The notes under the pieces are model-generated. The model had not been told where the DNA came from. It worked only from the letters and a program-made list of their open reading frames with translations, and did not search any database. A stretch of 64,000 bases of DNA from an uncultured archaeon (GTDB taxonomy: Archaea > Asgardarchaeota > Thorarchaeia > Thorarchaeales > Thorarchaeaceae). Below are positions 14,049 to 23,447 of the stretch, in pieces (within the stretch, counting starts at the first letter, position 1; every line of letters starts with the position of its first letter). Both the position numbers and the translations under genes were made by a program. The stretch lies in NCBI GenBank assembly GCA_964558645.1, contig CAZLEV010000014.1:1-64000 (forward strand), in the 5' to 3' direction.

Positions 14049-16970
14049 TTACAGCTCTATGTTTCGATCCCTAAGGTACATCTTGTACAGCTCCATTCCG
14101 ACGATTGCAGGAAGAGACAAGATGATGCAGATGAACCAGTCATATGATGTGAGCGGCATGAAGTAGAAGTCCAAACCGTAGAAGCTCAAGATTTCCTGTA
14201 CGATAGGCACATACATCAGCAGGAGATGTGCCAAGTAGATGAGTCCTAGGAAAAAGACATACCTGATGGTGCCGGGCTCTCGCAGGCTCTCATGAAGGGG
14301 CATATTGATTCTCCGTATGATCAAGACTAATGTGCTCTCTACAAGGAGGATTACGGTTAACATCATGATAGTGGCCTTCAAGGGAGCGTCTACTATCCCT
14401 GCATAGGTTCCGGCAATATTCTCAGGATACAGACCGACCACTCCCATCCAACCAGTAAATGTCAGGAAATACGCCATGCCTGTTCCGAAGGCCATAAGGA
14501 TGACATTGATGGCCATGAACTTGGCAAACGGTCTGTTGATTATCTCCTCGCTATCTCGAGGCTTCTCTTTCATTGCATTTGGTGAGACCTTATCAAACAC
14601 AAGAGCCAGACCGGGGAAAGAGTGCGTGGTCACAACAAGGTAGAGGCTCTGCCATGAGGACAGCATGTTGACATATGCAGGAAGGAAGAATAACGCCCCA
14701 AAGAATATGATACTCTCAAAGAGATTGACGGCTATGTAGAAATACACCATCATTCGTATCTTGGCAAAGAGGCCTCTTCCTTCGTGAACCCCGGTCACGA
14801 TAGAAGCAAAGCTATCATCGGTGATGACCAGGTCAGCTGCCTCCTTGGCCACATCGGTGCCTGTAATGCCCATTGCAATGCCTGCATCACTCATCGCCAA
14901 TGCGAGTGCATCATTGACTCCGTCACCAGTCATGGCTACTACCTTGCCCTGATCCTGATACCGCTCCACTATGACCTGTTTATGCTCAGGATTGACACGG
15001 GCAAAAACGTTGACTCTGCCAAAGTCGTCATCTGACAGGTCAGGAATCTCGGTGCCCTCAGCCACGAGAGAGAAGTCAGACATGATATTGAGATCTGAGG
15101 CAATAGTCTTTGCAGTTGCTGAGGCGTCACCCGTGATCATAATGACGTTGATCCCTGCATTGTGGCAGGCGTCTACAGCCTCGCGAACCCCATATCTCGG
15201 GGGGTCAACCAACGAGGCAAACCCAAGATACGTAAGGCCGCGTTCTGTTTCCTCACGTGCTCGGTTCGACCGAGGCACTGTATTCATATTCTTGTAGGCC
15301 AAAGAAATGACCCGATAACCTTGCTCTGCAAATGACACAGACATCTCTTCTATCTTGCGTCGCGTTTCTGAGTCCAGTGTAGATACGCTATTCCCGTTGT
15401 CAACTGAGTCACAGCGCTCAAGGAGTATCTCAGTGGCCCCCTTGACAAAGGCAATGTACTTACCATCATCCTCGCATATCTTGGACATCCTCTTCAGTCC
15501 TGACTCGAAGGGGAATTCTTCGACAATCTTATAATGAGAGCGAAGCGAATCCTCATCTAAGCCGCTCTTGCGAAAGAGAGTCAGTAGGGCAGCATCGGTT
15601 GGATCGCCCAGAGGTGTCCATACCTCTTCACCCTCTTCAGTGACCTGCTTCTTGATGAGAGCAGCGTCGTTGTTGATTCCTCCACATACTATTAGTTTCT
15701 TGAGGGTGGGCATACTAGAAATGTCTGAAACAAGAGAGAGATCTTCAGGATTCGTGTAATCTTGGAGTCTCGAGTCTCGTACACGATAGATTGCGCCCTC
15801 AGGCTCGTAGCCTGTTCCTGTCACCTTGTAAAGATGCTCCGTGTCGCAGATGTAAGTGACCGTCATTGCATTACGTGTCATGGTACCTGTCTTGTCTGAA
15901 CAGATCACGCTGACCCGGCCTAGGCTCTCCACGGCGGAGAGGTCGCGTATGATGACTCCCTGTTTGGCCATTGCCAATACTCCTGTCAAGAGCACGATTG
16001 TGGTCAACAGGGGGATATTGATGGGCATGATGGTCATCGCCCTAGTTATTCCTTCAGTGAGATGCGCAGCAACCGCATAGATACCGAAGTCAAATCCAGA
16101 GGCATCCAGTAGTGGAAGAACTAATGCACGCCATATGATGGATATGGTCATGAGGCCCACCGCGGCTATCCCGAGGTATTTCGCAAGCCTATTCACCTTC
16201 TTCCTGAGAGGGATATCACCTGTGTTCAGTCTTTCAAGAGAGCCCTGTATCTTGCCAATCTCAGTATTGCTACCTATTGCTGTTGCGATAGATAATGCAG
16301 TTCCAGTGGCAACATATGTTCCAAAAAAGACCATGTTCTTCATTTCTGTGAGAGGAGCATCTCGTGATACTTCTACAGACTCTTCTTTGGCTACAGGGAC
16401 ACTCTCTCCAGTCAGAGAGGCTTCATTCACACTCAGATTAGAGGCATTTGCAAGACGAGCGTCAGCAGGCACACGGTCACCCTGCTCAAGCTTGACAATA
16501 TCACCGGGCACAAGCTCCTGAGGCAAGATCTCTTTCTCCGTTCCATTGCGGATGACCCGGCACTTGCCTGCGGACAACTTCTCCAGAGCTTCGAGCTTCT
16601 TCTGGGCCCGAAACTGCTGAAAGATAGCCACGATACAGTTGACCGTCACAACCGCCAACCAGAGGAGTGCCTGGCTGATGTCGGTTTCTGGCGAGGGAAA
16701 AGCCCATGCTAGGAAGAGGAGCGCAAAGGAACTCACAAGATAGATCGTGATGAGCCAGTTCAATATGGGCGCAAGGTATACTTTCCAGAAGCTGCCCTTG
16801 ATTTTCTTGACGGCGTTTGGCCCATACTTGTCCTGGCGCGACTTGACCTCTTCTTCTGAGAGGCCGTTCGCCACATCGGTTGAAAGATGCTTGACAACAT
16901 CCTCAAGTGGCATCGCATGATAATCCACATCTTCTGATGGAGCTGTTGTGATGGCTTCCTGATTGGACAA
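14049..16970 (-). CDS. P-type ATPase, P2-like scaffold with atypical ion-binding motifs
   Basis: LTGES, CSDKTGT, KGATE, DPPR, TGD, MTGDGVND and about 10 TM segments. TM4 reads PINIP rather than PEGLP. Confidence 0.95.
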   Translation of the reverse strand: MSNQEAITTAPSEDVDYHAMPLEDVVKHLSTDVANGLSEEEVKSRQDKYGPNAVKKIKGSFWKVYLAPILNWLITIYLVSSFALLFLAWAFPSPETDISQALLWLAVVTVNCIVAIFQQFRAQKKLEALEKLSAGKCRVIRNGTEKEILPQELVPGDIVKLEQGDRVPADARLANASNLSVNEASLTGESVPVAKEESVEVSRDAPLTEMKNMVFFGTYVATGTALSIATAIGSNTEIGKIQGSLERLNTGDIPLRKKVNRLAKYLGIAAVGLMTISIIWRALVLPLLDASGFDFGIYAVAAHLTEGITRAMTIMPINIPLLTTIVLLTGVLAMAKQGVIIRDLSAVESLGRVSVICSDKTGTMTRNAMTVTYICDTEHLYKVTGTGYEPEGAIYRVRDSRLQDYTNPEDLSLVSDISSMPTLKKLIVCGGINNDAALIKKQVTEEGEEVWTPLGDPTDAALLTLFRKSGLDEDSLRSHYKIVEEFPFESGLKRMSKICEDDGKYIAFVKGATEILLERCDSVDNGNSVSTLDSETRRKIEEMSVSFAEQGYRVISLAYKNMNTVPRSNRAREETERGLTYLGFASLVDPPRYGVREAVDACHNAGINVIMITGDASATAKTIASDLNIMSDFSLVAEGTEIPDLSDDDFGRVNVFARVNPEHKQVIVERYQDQGKVVAMTGDGVNDALALAMSDAGIAMGITGTDVAKEAADLVITDDSFASIVTGVHEGRGLFAKIRMMVYFYIAVNLFESIIFFGALFFLPAYVNMLSSWQSLYLVVTTHSFPGLALVFDKVSPNAMKEKPRDSEEIINRPFAKFMAINVILMAFGTGMAYFLTFTGWMGVVGLYPENIAGTYAGIVDAPLKATIMMLTVILLVESTLVLIIRRINMPLHESLREPGTIRYVFFLGLIYLAHLLLMYVPIVQEILSFYGLDFYFMPLTSYDWFICIILSLPAIVGMELYKMYLRDRNIEL

Positions 16971-17239
16971 GTTGTCTACCTCTCGTTGCCTAGAGCAGAA
17001 AATCGCCCTGAACCAAATAAATGAACTTGTGCCAAAGCCGACTCACTGATTTCGCTCATAGAGTTCCTCTTCCGATTTGCTCTTGGGATTATGTCTAGGC
17101 CGCCTCCTTAAAACAGAAATGGCTAGAGCTCATATATCTTACCATGCTTCTTAGCCCTAGATGCCATTGCCGATAGGTTCATGTGTTCTTGGGAGTCAGC
17201 AGACAGGCCGCATTGAACACGGTCCAGCCGGTGAAATAA

Positions 17240-19201
17240 TTGTACAGATACTGGGAACCATCACCTACAAGACCCGAGAGGACTGGCTCAGGCACAAGAA
17301 AGATCCTGGCCATTATCATCATTGCCATGCTTGTACTCAGCGGCGGGATTTTCATGCTCTTGGAACTGGAGTTCCCGAGTACAGAGTCTCAAGCGTCAGT
17401 CAGAGTTGCCGTACTTGACTCTGGGATGAACATTGATTTGACACTGCAGGGAAAGGTAGTGGCTGAACGGAGCTTTGTCTTGCCAGAGTTTGGGTATAAC
17501 ATCTCAGACCCATCAGTTTCTGATTCGAGTCCTCAAGGCACTCCTCATGGCACTCTGGTTGCAAAAGGAATTGTTCAGGCAAGTGGCAACGCACTTCTTG
17601 TAAATGCCAAGGTCATGGGCCAGGAGAGAGGAGCAACAACAGAAGGACTCATCGCGGCAATTTACTGGGCAATAGAACAGAATTGTTCAGTCATCAACCT
17701 GAGTCTCGGAGGAAGCCCTACCTATGGGGATCCATTAGAAGAGGCCATGGAATATGCGTTCTACCAAGGAGCTGTCGTTGTAGCCGCAGGAGGAAACTCT
17801 GGGGAGGGCGGACTAGCAGGAAACACCATATCCACCCCTGCAGTATATCCACATTGCATAGCAGTGGCAGGACTCGATGAATATGGACTTCCAGCAGAAT
17901 ACTCCAGTAGGGGCCCAACAGCCACAAGAATGATCAAGCCAGATATCGCAGCCCCCGGTTACGTTGAAACGTCTTCTGCAAGATACTTCGGTACGAGTTT
18001 CGCGGCACCCAAAGTCAGCGCGGGTGCAGCCGACATTATTGCTTACTGCAAGTCCAACAACATCGGTTGGACCCCGGGTTTGGTCTTCTCGTTGCTCTTC
18101 AGCTCAGCAGAGAGAATGCGCTATGCACCATACGTGGTTGGTGCAGGAAGCCTTGACGTTTCTGCAGCAATCCACTTACTCAGTCAATTCAATGTGACCG
18201 GAACAATACCCCATATCGCTTATGCCCATCCGGAGAGATTGCCACTCGATTTTGAGAGGTTGTTCCTAGGAGATAAATACTATTTCAATGTCCAACTGTT
18301 TTCATCACAGTATACAACTTTTGAAGTGGAAATAGAGTCCACAACCCCAGAGGTATTCGAGCTTCCTGCGACCTATTCAATCAATCAAACTGGTCTGCTC
18401 AGAATGAACATCTCAGTACCTACAAGCGGTCAGGGCACGTACGCTGCAAATATCACCTTTGAGGGGGATTCTTCTGCTACATCACTATTCGTCGAATTCG
18501 AGGCTGATGAGCCAGTGGCACGAATTGCATTTGATATCAGCCACACGACGTGGAGTATCGACACCACATACGGTCAGTTCAAAGAGCTCTATGAGAAGCT
18601 CGTCGCTAACGATATATCCGTCACAGAGATCAGAGACAGCTCCCAGACATCGCTTGCCACGCTGCTGGAATACGATGGGGTATTCCTTCTCGATCCGTGT
18701 GCGTGGGATCTCAACGAATCGACTCCAGACCAGTTTGAACAGTTCTCGCTCCCATTCTCGCAGCAAGAGAAAGAGGCCTATCAGCAATACTACGAGCAAG
18801 GAGGGGGAATGTTCGTGGCAGCATTATCGAACTCAAGTCTCGACATCGCCTCCCTCAATGACTTTCTCAATTGGACAGGTATCCAGTTCAACTACACAAG
18901 AGTGCCTTTCGACTCCAGCCCGGCGCTTGTGGATGACCTTTTCGCCCACCCAATCACCAGTGGCATATCAGATTTCGACTTCGTCGGAGCTCCCATGAAG
19001 ATCCCTGAAGATGCGGTAGCACTCGCCACGCTGCGTGGTAAGATTGTGCTCTCCTGTTTGGAAAAGGAGGGTAGAGGACGCATTGTCGTTAGCGGTTCCA
19101 ACTTCTTCATTGACAACTGGGGTATGAGGGGCCAATACAACTCCAATGCCAATGACCTTTTGGCTCTGAAAATCACACTATGGATAACAGGTCTACTGTA
19201 G
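17240..19201 (+). CDS. Subtilisin-like (S8) serine protease, N-terminal TM anchor, C-terminal GIFT/DUF4350-like domain
   Basis: VAVLDSG, HGTLVA, AGGNSG, KPDIAAPG, GTSFAAP. C-terminal RIAFDISH...GGGMFV...HPITSGI...GRIVVSG. Confidence 0.92.
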   Translation: MYRYWEPSPTRPERTGSGTRKILAIIIIAMLVLSGGIFMLLELEFPSTESQASVRVAVLDSGMNIDLTLQGKVVAERSFVLPEFGYNISDPSVSDSSPQGTPHGTLVAKGIVQASGNALLVNAKVMGQERGATTEGLIAAIYWAIEQNCSVINLSLGGSPTYGDPLEEAMEYAFYQGAVVVAAGGNSGEGGLAGNTISTPAVYPHCIAVAGLDEYGLPAEYSSRGPTATRMIKPDIAAPGYVETSSARYFGTSFAAPKVSAGAADIIAYCKSNNIGWTPGLVFSLLFSSAERMRYAPYVVGAGSLDVSAAIHLLSQFNVTGTIPHIAYAHPERLPLDFERLFLGDKYYFNVQLFSSQYTTFEVEIESTTPEVFELPATYSINQTGLLRMNISVPTSGQGTYAANITFEGDSSATSLFVEFEADEPVARIAFDISHTTWSIDTTYGQFKELYEKLVANDISVTEIRDSSQTSLATLLEYDGVFLLDPCAWDLNESTPDQFEQFSLPFSQQEKEAYQQYYEQGGGMFVAALSNSSLDIASLNDFLNWTGIQFNYTRVPFDSSPALVDDLFAHPITSGISDFDFVGAPMKIPEDAVALATLRGKIVLSCLEKEGRGRIVVSGSNFFIDNWGMRGQYNSNANDLLALKITLWITGLL

Positions 19202-19475
19202 AATATGATGTACAGATGCCAAGTGCTTCCAGATACACTTAGCTTGCTTAGATTCGGAAGGTTAAAAGGGAGCACTTCATAGTCAACGCACACAAAAAAC
19301 CGAGTCGAAAATCGGATGCGCTGATGGCCGAGGTTATCCTTGGTCATCAGCCTGCCTGATGTTGCTACTTCTACACAAAAAGCTCCTCTCTCAAGTGACT
19401 TCTCAATGGTGACACCAGCACTCTTAATTCGTCATCCTTAGTCTGCCTGACCACGCAAAAACGTGAGGTAGCGTT

Positions 19476-20726
19476 GTGAACAGGGTCACCAGCGCATCGG
19501 TTGCAGTACTGGCTGCGTGCACAATTGCACATTTTCTAAATCACGTCTACACAGGGGCAATCGCCCCATTTCTGCCAGTGATAACTGAAGAGCTCTCCCT
19601 GAGCCTGACACAAGCGGGAATGGTCACAAGTGCAGCAATACTGACCATGACCCTGGCACATCTCGGTGTTGGATACTGCGCAGACCGCGGATGGCGGGAC
19701 TATTTCATTCCGGCCAGTGTGTTATTGGGCGGTTTCTTCATCCTCATAGCAGGTTTCGCAAGCGATTTCATCTATCTTCTTGTTTTGATGCTTGCCCTCG
19801 GACTAGGCGTTTCGTTGTTCCATCCTTGCTCGTTTCCCGCCCTCGCAGAGCGCTTTCCTACCAAGAAACGGGCCAGTGCAGTTGGAGTCCAAGCTATGGG
19901 CGGACTGATCGGAACGGCGCTGATACCTGTACTCGGAGTTGCTCTTCTCGTGACTCTTGGAAACTGGCGGGATTCTCTTGCCCTTCTCGGGTTGGCAGGA
20001 ATCATTCTCTTTGTGCCTGTGATGATACTGATGCGCCAAGACAGGCTCGACTCGCAGTGTCAAGCCAGTCCAAATGATAGAAATGGGCCAGATGGGTGGA
20101 CCAGAAACTATTTCCTCGCGATACTGTACTCGGGACTCAGAGGGATACCATTCCGTTGCACAAGCCTCCTAATGCCGCTCTATCTCGTCGTAAGCTACGG
20201 TTATGAACCAGTATGGGCAGGATCGCTTACAACACTCATGATATCAACGGGTCTTGTTGCAGAAACAATCTCAAGTCCGGTCTCAGACCGGATGGAGAAG
20301 AGAGTGCCCTTCATGATCATGAGCACGGGTATCATGGCACCGTTGCTTCTCCTCTTGAACTTCGCCCTAGCACCAATGTTACTCGCTATAACGTTGATGG
20401 GAATAGGATTCTTCTACTACTGGGGCACTCCACCAGACCAAGCCTATCAGACAGAGGTGAGTCCACAGCAGAGTAAGGGACTGGCGTTTGGAATCCTTTT
20501 CTCACTAGGAGCCCTTCCAGGAGCACTCTCGCCATGGATATTTGGGGCAATAGGAGACCTGTATGGGCTCCAAGCATCAATCCTGTTTCTTGTCATAACA
20601 AGTGTATTGGCAACAATCGTTGCCCTCTTCATGAGAGAAGAACCGCTGAGGCGCTCTCCTCTGGAGGAATCAGAAACTATGGTGAGAGAGGATGACACAG
20701 GAGATGAACAGGAAAGCACCGATTAG
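19476..20726 (+). CDS. MFS transporter
   Basis: About 12 hydrophobic segments, GYCADRG and SDRMEKR loop motifs, FHP motif of FSR-like MFS. Confidence 0.92.
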   Translation: MNRVTSASVAVLAACTIAHFLNHVYTGAIAPFLPVITEELSLSLTQAGMVTSAAILTMTLAHLGVGYCADRGWRDYFIPASVLLGGFFILIAGFASDFIYLLVLMLALGLGVSLFHPCSFPALAERFPTKKRASAVGVQAMGGLIGTALIPVLGVALLVTLGNWRDSLALLGLAGIILFVPVMILMRQDRLDSQCQASPNDRNGPDGWTRNYFLAILYSGLRGIPFRCTSLLMPLYLVVSYGYEPVWAGSLTTLMISTGLVAETISSPVSDRMEKRVPFMIMSTGIMAPLLLLLNFALAPMLLAITLMGIGFFYYWGTPPDQAYQTEVSPQQSKGLAFGILFSLGALPGALSPWIFGAIGDLYGLQASILFLVITSVLATIVALFMREEPLRRSPLEESETMVREDDTGDEQESTD

Positions 20727-20747
20727 AAGTGAGGGGGTGCGTATGCT

Positions 20748-21584
20748 TTGACAGACAGAAACTGGATTTTGCAGGATCACCACATCCACCCCAACTACTC
20801 AATCGATGCGACAGGTTCTATTGACGAGTTCTGTCAGTCTGCTCTGGCGAAAGGACTTGAAGAGATAGCATTTACCACCCATGTTGACACCGATCTCCTT
20901 ACTGATGACTGCTTTGTCATGGTTCACGGACGGAGAGTTCCAGTTCAATCGAGCAGATGGGTTGAGGCGTACGAGGAAGAAGTACTTGACGTACGTGACA
21001 GGTATCGGGACACAGGACTAAGAATACTCCTCGGTGTCGAGATAGACTATCATCCCGAATTTGAAAGGATTCTTCCAGACAGGTTTTTCGATACCGATTT
21101 CGATATCATCATCGGGGCTGTACACCTTATCGATCACAAGGCCATTTCAGCACCGGAGGGTGCAGAGGAGACATTCTGCAAGTACGATATGCGGCAACTA
21201 ACATCGAAATACTACTCGTCACTTCAGGATGCCGTAAAGACTGGGTTTTTCGACGTCCTGGCCCACATCGATCTCTACACAAGATATGGAGAGGATAACT
21301 TCGGTGCGGCAATCCGTTCATCATGGAAACAGCACGTAGACGAGCTTGCAGGTCTCATGAAGAAACACGATGTTGGTTTTGAGGTCAATACGTCATCCCT
21401 GAGAAGGGGTTCGAGCCAACCCATGCCCGAGGAGGAACTGACTCGAGCGCTCTTACAACGAGGTGTTTCGAAGGTCACAGTTGGCTCGGATGCTCACTGC
21501 CCTGAACATGTCGGAGCTTGTATATCCGAGGGATATGACATGCTAAGAGCTCTGGGAGTTGACAGGCTCTGGACTCACAGATAG
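20748..21584 (+). CDS. PHP-family phosphoesterase (histidinol-phosphatase HisJ/HisK-like)
   Basis: DHHIH, AFTTH, GVEID, IGAVH, LAHID, EVNTS, GSDAH. Confidence 0.9.
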   Translation: MTDRNWILQDHHIHPNYSIDATGSIDEFCQSALAKGLEEIAFTTHVDTDLLTDDCFVMVHGRRVPVQSSRWVEAYEEEVLDVRDRYRDTGLRILLGVEIDYHPEFERILPDRFFDTDFDIIIGAVHLIDHKAISAPEGAEETFCKYDMRQLTSKYYSSLQDAVKTGFFDVLAHIDLYTRYGEDNFGAAIRSSWKQHVDELAGLMKKHDVGFEVNTSSLRRGSSQPMPEEELTRALLQRGVSKVTVGSDAHCPEHVGACISEGYDMLRALGVDRLWTHR

Positions 21585-21645
21585 TGAGATTTCGACAGAT
21601 AGAAACAAAAGCCTGACCCACATCTTCTTGACGGAGATTGTAGAA

Positions 21646-22074
21646 TTGCAGAACAAGAAATCGTTCGTTCTCTGTCTGATAGGCGGAGTTCTTCTCATTA
21701 TAGCAGGTGCTGTGGGAAGTATTGGTGCGCTTGAGTTTCTGAGTGTGATTGGAACCATTCCCGAGCTGGAGTTTTTGGTGCCCCTTGTTGACATCCTGCT
21801 CAAGGTGCTGATTTTCATTGCAGGTCTCGGAGGGATCGGCGTCATTGCCGGGGGCTTTCTCATCACCACTCCACGTGTGGGAACGGGAAAATTCATCATA
21901 GGAATTGCCGCAGGGATGGGTCTCATTGGACTTATCATACAGCTAGTGAAAGTAGTATACTTCGCAGGTGTGGAAGGCCTAGTCAACCTCTTGGAGGCCA
22001 TCTCACAGTCAATCGGCTGGATTGGGATCATCTTCACTATAATCGGCAGAAGAACTGCCAGCACACCCGATTAG
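21646..22074 (+). CDS. Glycine-rich four-helix membrane protein of unknown function
   Basis: Hydrophobic Gly-rich helices throughout. TTG start inferred at 21646. Confidence 0.75.
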   Translation: MQNKKSFVLCLIGGVLLIIAGAVGSIGALEFLSVIGTIPELEFLVPLVDILLKVLIFIAGLGGIGVIAGGFLITTPRVGTGKFIIGIAAGMGLIGLIIQLVKVVYFAGVEGLVNLLEAISQSIGWIGIIFTIIGRRTASTPD

Positions 22075-22120
22075 TCCTGTTTCGGAAGTCTTTATTCGGT
22101 GAGGCCCCCTCGGCGTATCG

Positions 22121-22774
22121 ATGTCAGACGCGAGTGAACAACTACAGAAAGCAATTGAGCTGCTACGGGAAGGACTGTACGAGGAAGCAGTGGAGAATCT
22201 GAGAGAGTTCCTCAAGGGGAATCCAGATTCGCTTGAAGGATACTACAACTTGGGCTATGCTCTGCAAGAGTCGGGAGAAGTTGAAAAGGCAGTAAAGGCC
22301 TACGATGACGCACTCTCCATTGATAATATGATTCCCGAGATATGGTTCAACAAAGGAAATGCCCTCTATGAGCTCTATGATTATGAGAAGGCCCGAGAAT
22401 GTTATGAGAGAGCAGCCGAATTGAATCCAGACGATCCAGAGGTCTGGAACAACTTGGGCAATTGCCATTCTCGTCTGGCTGAGGGGAGACGAGCAATTGA
22501 AGCATACACGCGAGCTGTGGCACTCAAACCAGACTATGCAGAGGCGCTTTACAACAAAGCAAATGCCCATTTCATTGAGGGAGAGCATGAGAAGGCAGTT
22601 GTATATGGTGAACTGGCTGTGAAACTCAATCCATCACTCAGGCCCCATGTGGATCGTTGGATTACCGTTTCGATGAGGAATCTCGAAGCTCAGCGGCAAC
22701 ACAAAGAATACGAGGAAAGGAAGAAACATGCAAAGAGGTTCAAGTCCCAAGATCGGAACCGGCCCGGAGATTGA
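22121..22774 (+). CDS. TPR-repeat protein
   Basis: Repeated YYNLG/WFNKG/WNNLG/LYNKA...A...Y.RA..L.P units. Confidence 0.92.
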   Translation: MSDASEQLQKAIELLREGLYEEAVENLREFLKGNPDSLEGYYNLGYALQESGEVEKAVKAYDDALSIDNMIPEIWFNKGNALYELYDYEKARECYERAAELNPDDPEVWNNLGNCHSRLAEGRRAIEAYTRAVALKPDYAEALYNKANAHFIEGEHEKAVVYGELAVKLNPSLRPHVDRWITVSMRNLEAQRQHKEYEERKKHAKRFKSQDRNRPGD

Positions 22775-22827
22775 GTCAGCAGACCTAAAAGCGGGGTCTA
22801 GACTCCTAGTAGGCGGAGAACTATCCC

Positions 22828-23385
22828 ATGCTTGATGAAGGCATAGACTTGGACAAAGTCCCTGAGAGAGAGGGAAGAAGCCGAATCAAGATAATGCTCG
22901 CAATTGGAGGGGTCGTGCTTATTTCCGGCATCGTGGTTGCTTGGCTAGGAGGCCATGGAGTACTGCCCGTTGAGCCATTGATGGTCCTGGGAGTCACGGT
23001 GATAATAACGATGCTGATTGTGTGCTGTTCCACCACTCTGGTGACAGGAAAGATAGCGAGTAAGATACCTGAGTACAGTGACATGGAGCTGAGATTCGAG
23101 AAGGGCATGGAACACTATGAGAACGAAGAGTGGGATGAAGCGATGGCAGTGTTTCATGAACTCATGGGGCCAGAAAGAAATCACAAGAGGGCATTATATT
23201 ACACCGCAAAGATACATGAGGCCCGGAACGAATGGGAGGAAGTCAAGGTATACTCTAAGAGATACTTGGAGATGCAGCCGAATGACAGAGAAGTATGGGA
23301 ACTTCTCGCCACAGCTCACAAGAGATTGTTTGAGTATGAAGCAGCAGAGGATGCCATAGAAAGGGCATCAAGGCTATCTGACTGA
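22828..23385 (+). CDS. Two-TM membrane protein with C-terminal TPR repeats
   Basis: Two hydrophobic helices followed by TPR-like helices (ALYYTA, YLEMQPND..VWELLA). Confidence 0.8.
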   Translation: MLDEGIDLDKVPEREGRSRIKIMLAIGGVVLISGIVVAWLGGHGVLPVEPLMVLGVTVIITMLIVCCSTTLVTGKIASKIPEYSDMELRFEKGMEHYENEEWDEAMAVFHELMGPERNHKRALYYTAKIHEARNEWEEVKVYSKRYLEMQPNDREVWELLATAHKRLFEYEAAEDAIERASRLSD

Positions 23386-23447
23386 GTCTGGCAAGCAAAG
23401 AATAAGAGGGAGATGTATAAGGCAGCAGAAGAGAGGTTGGTGGCTAC

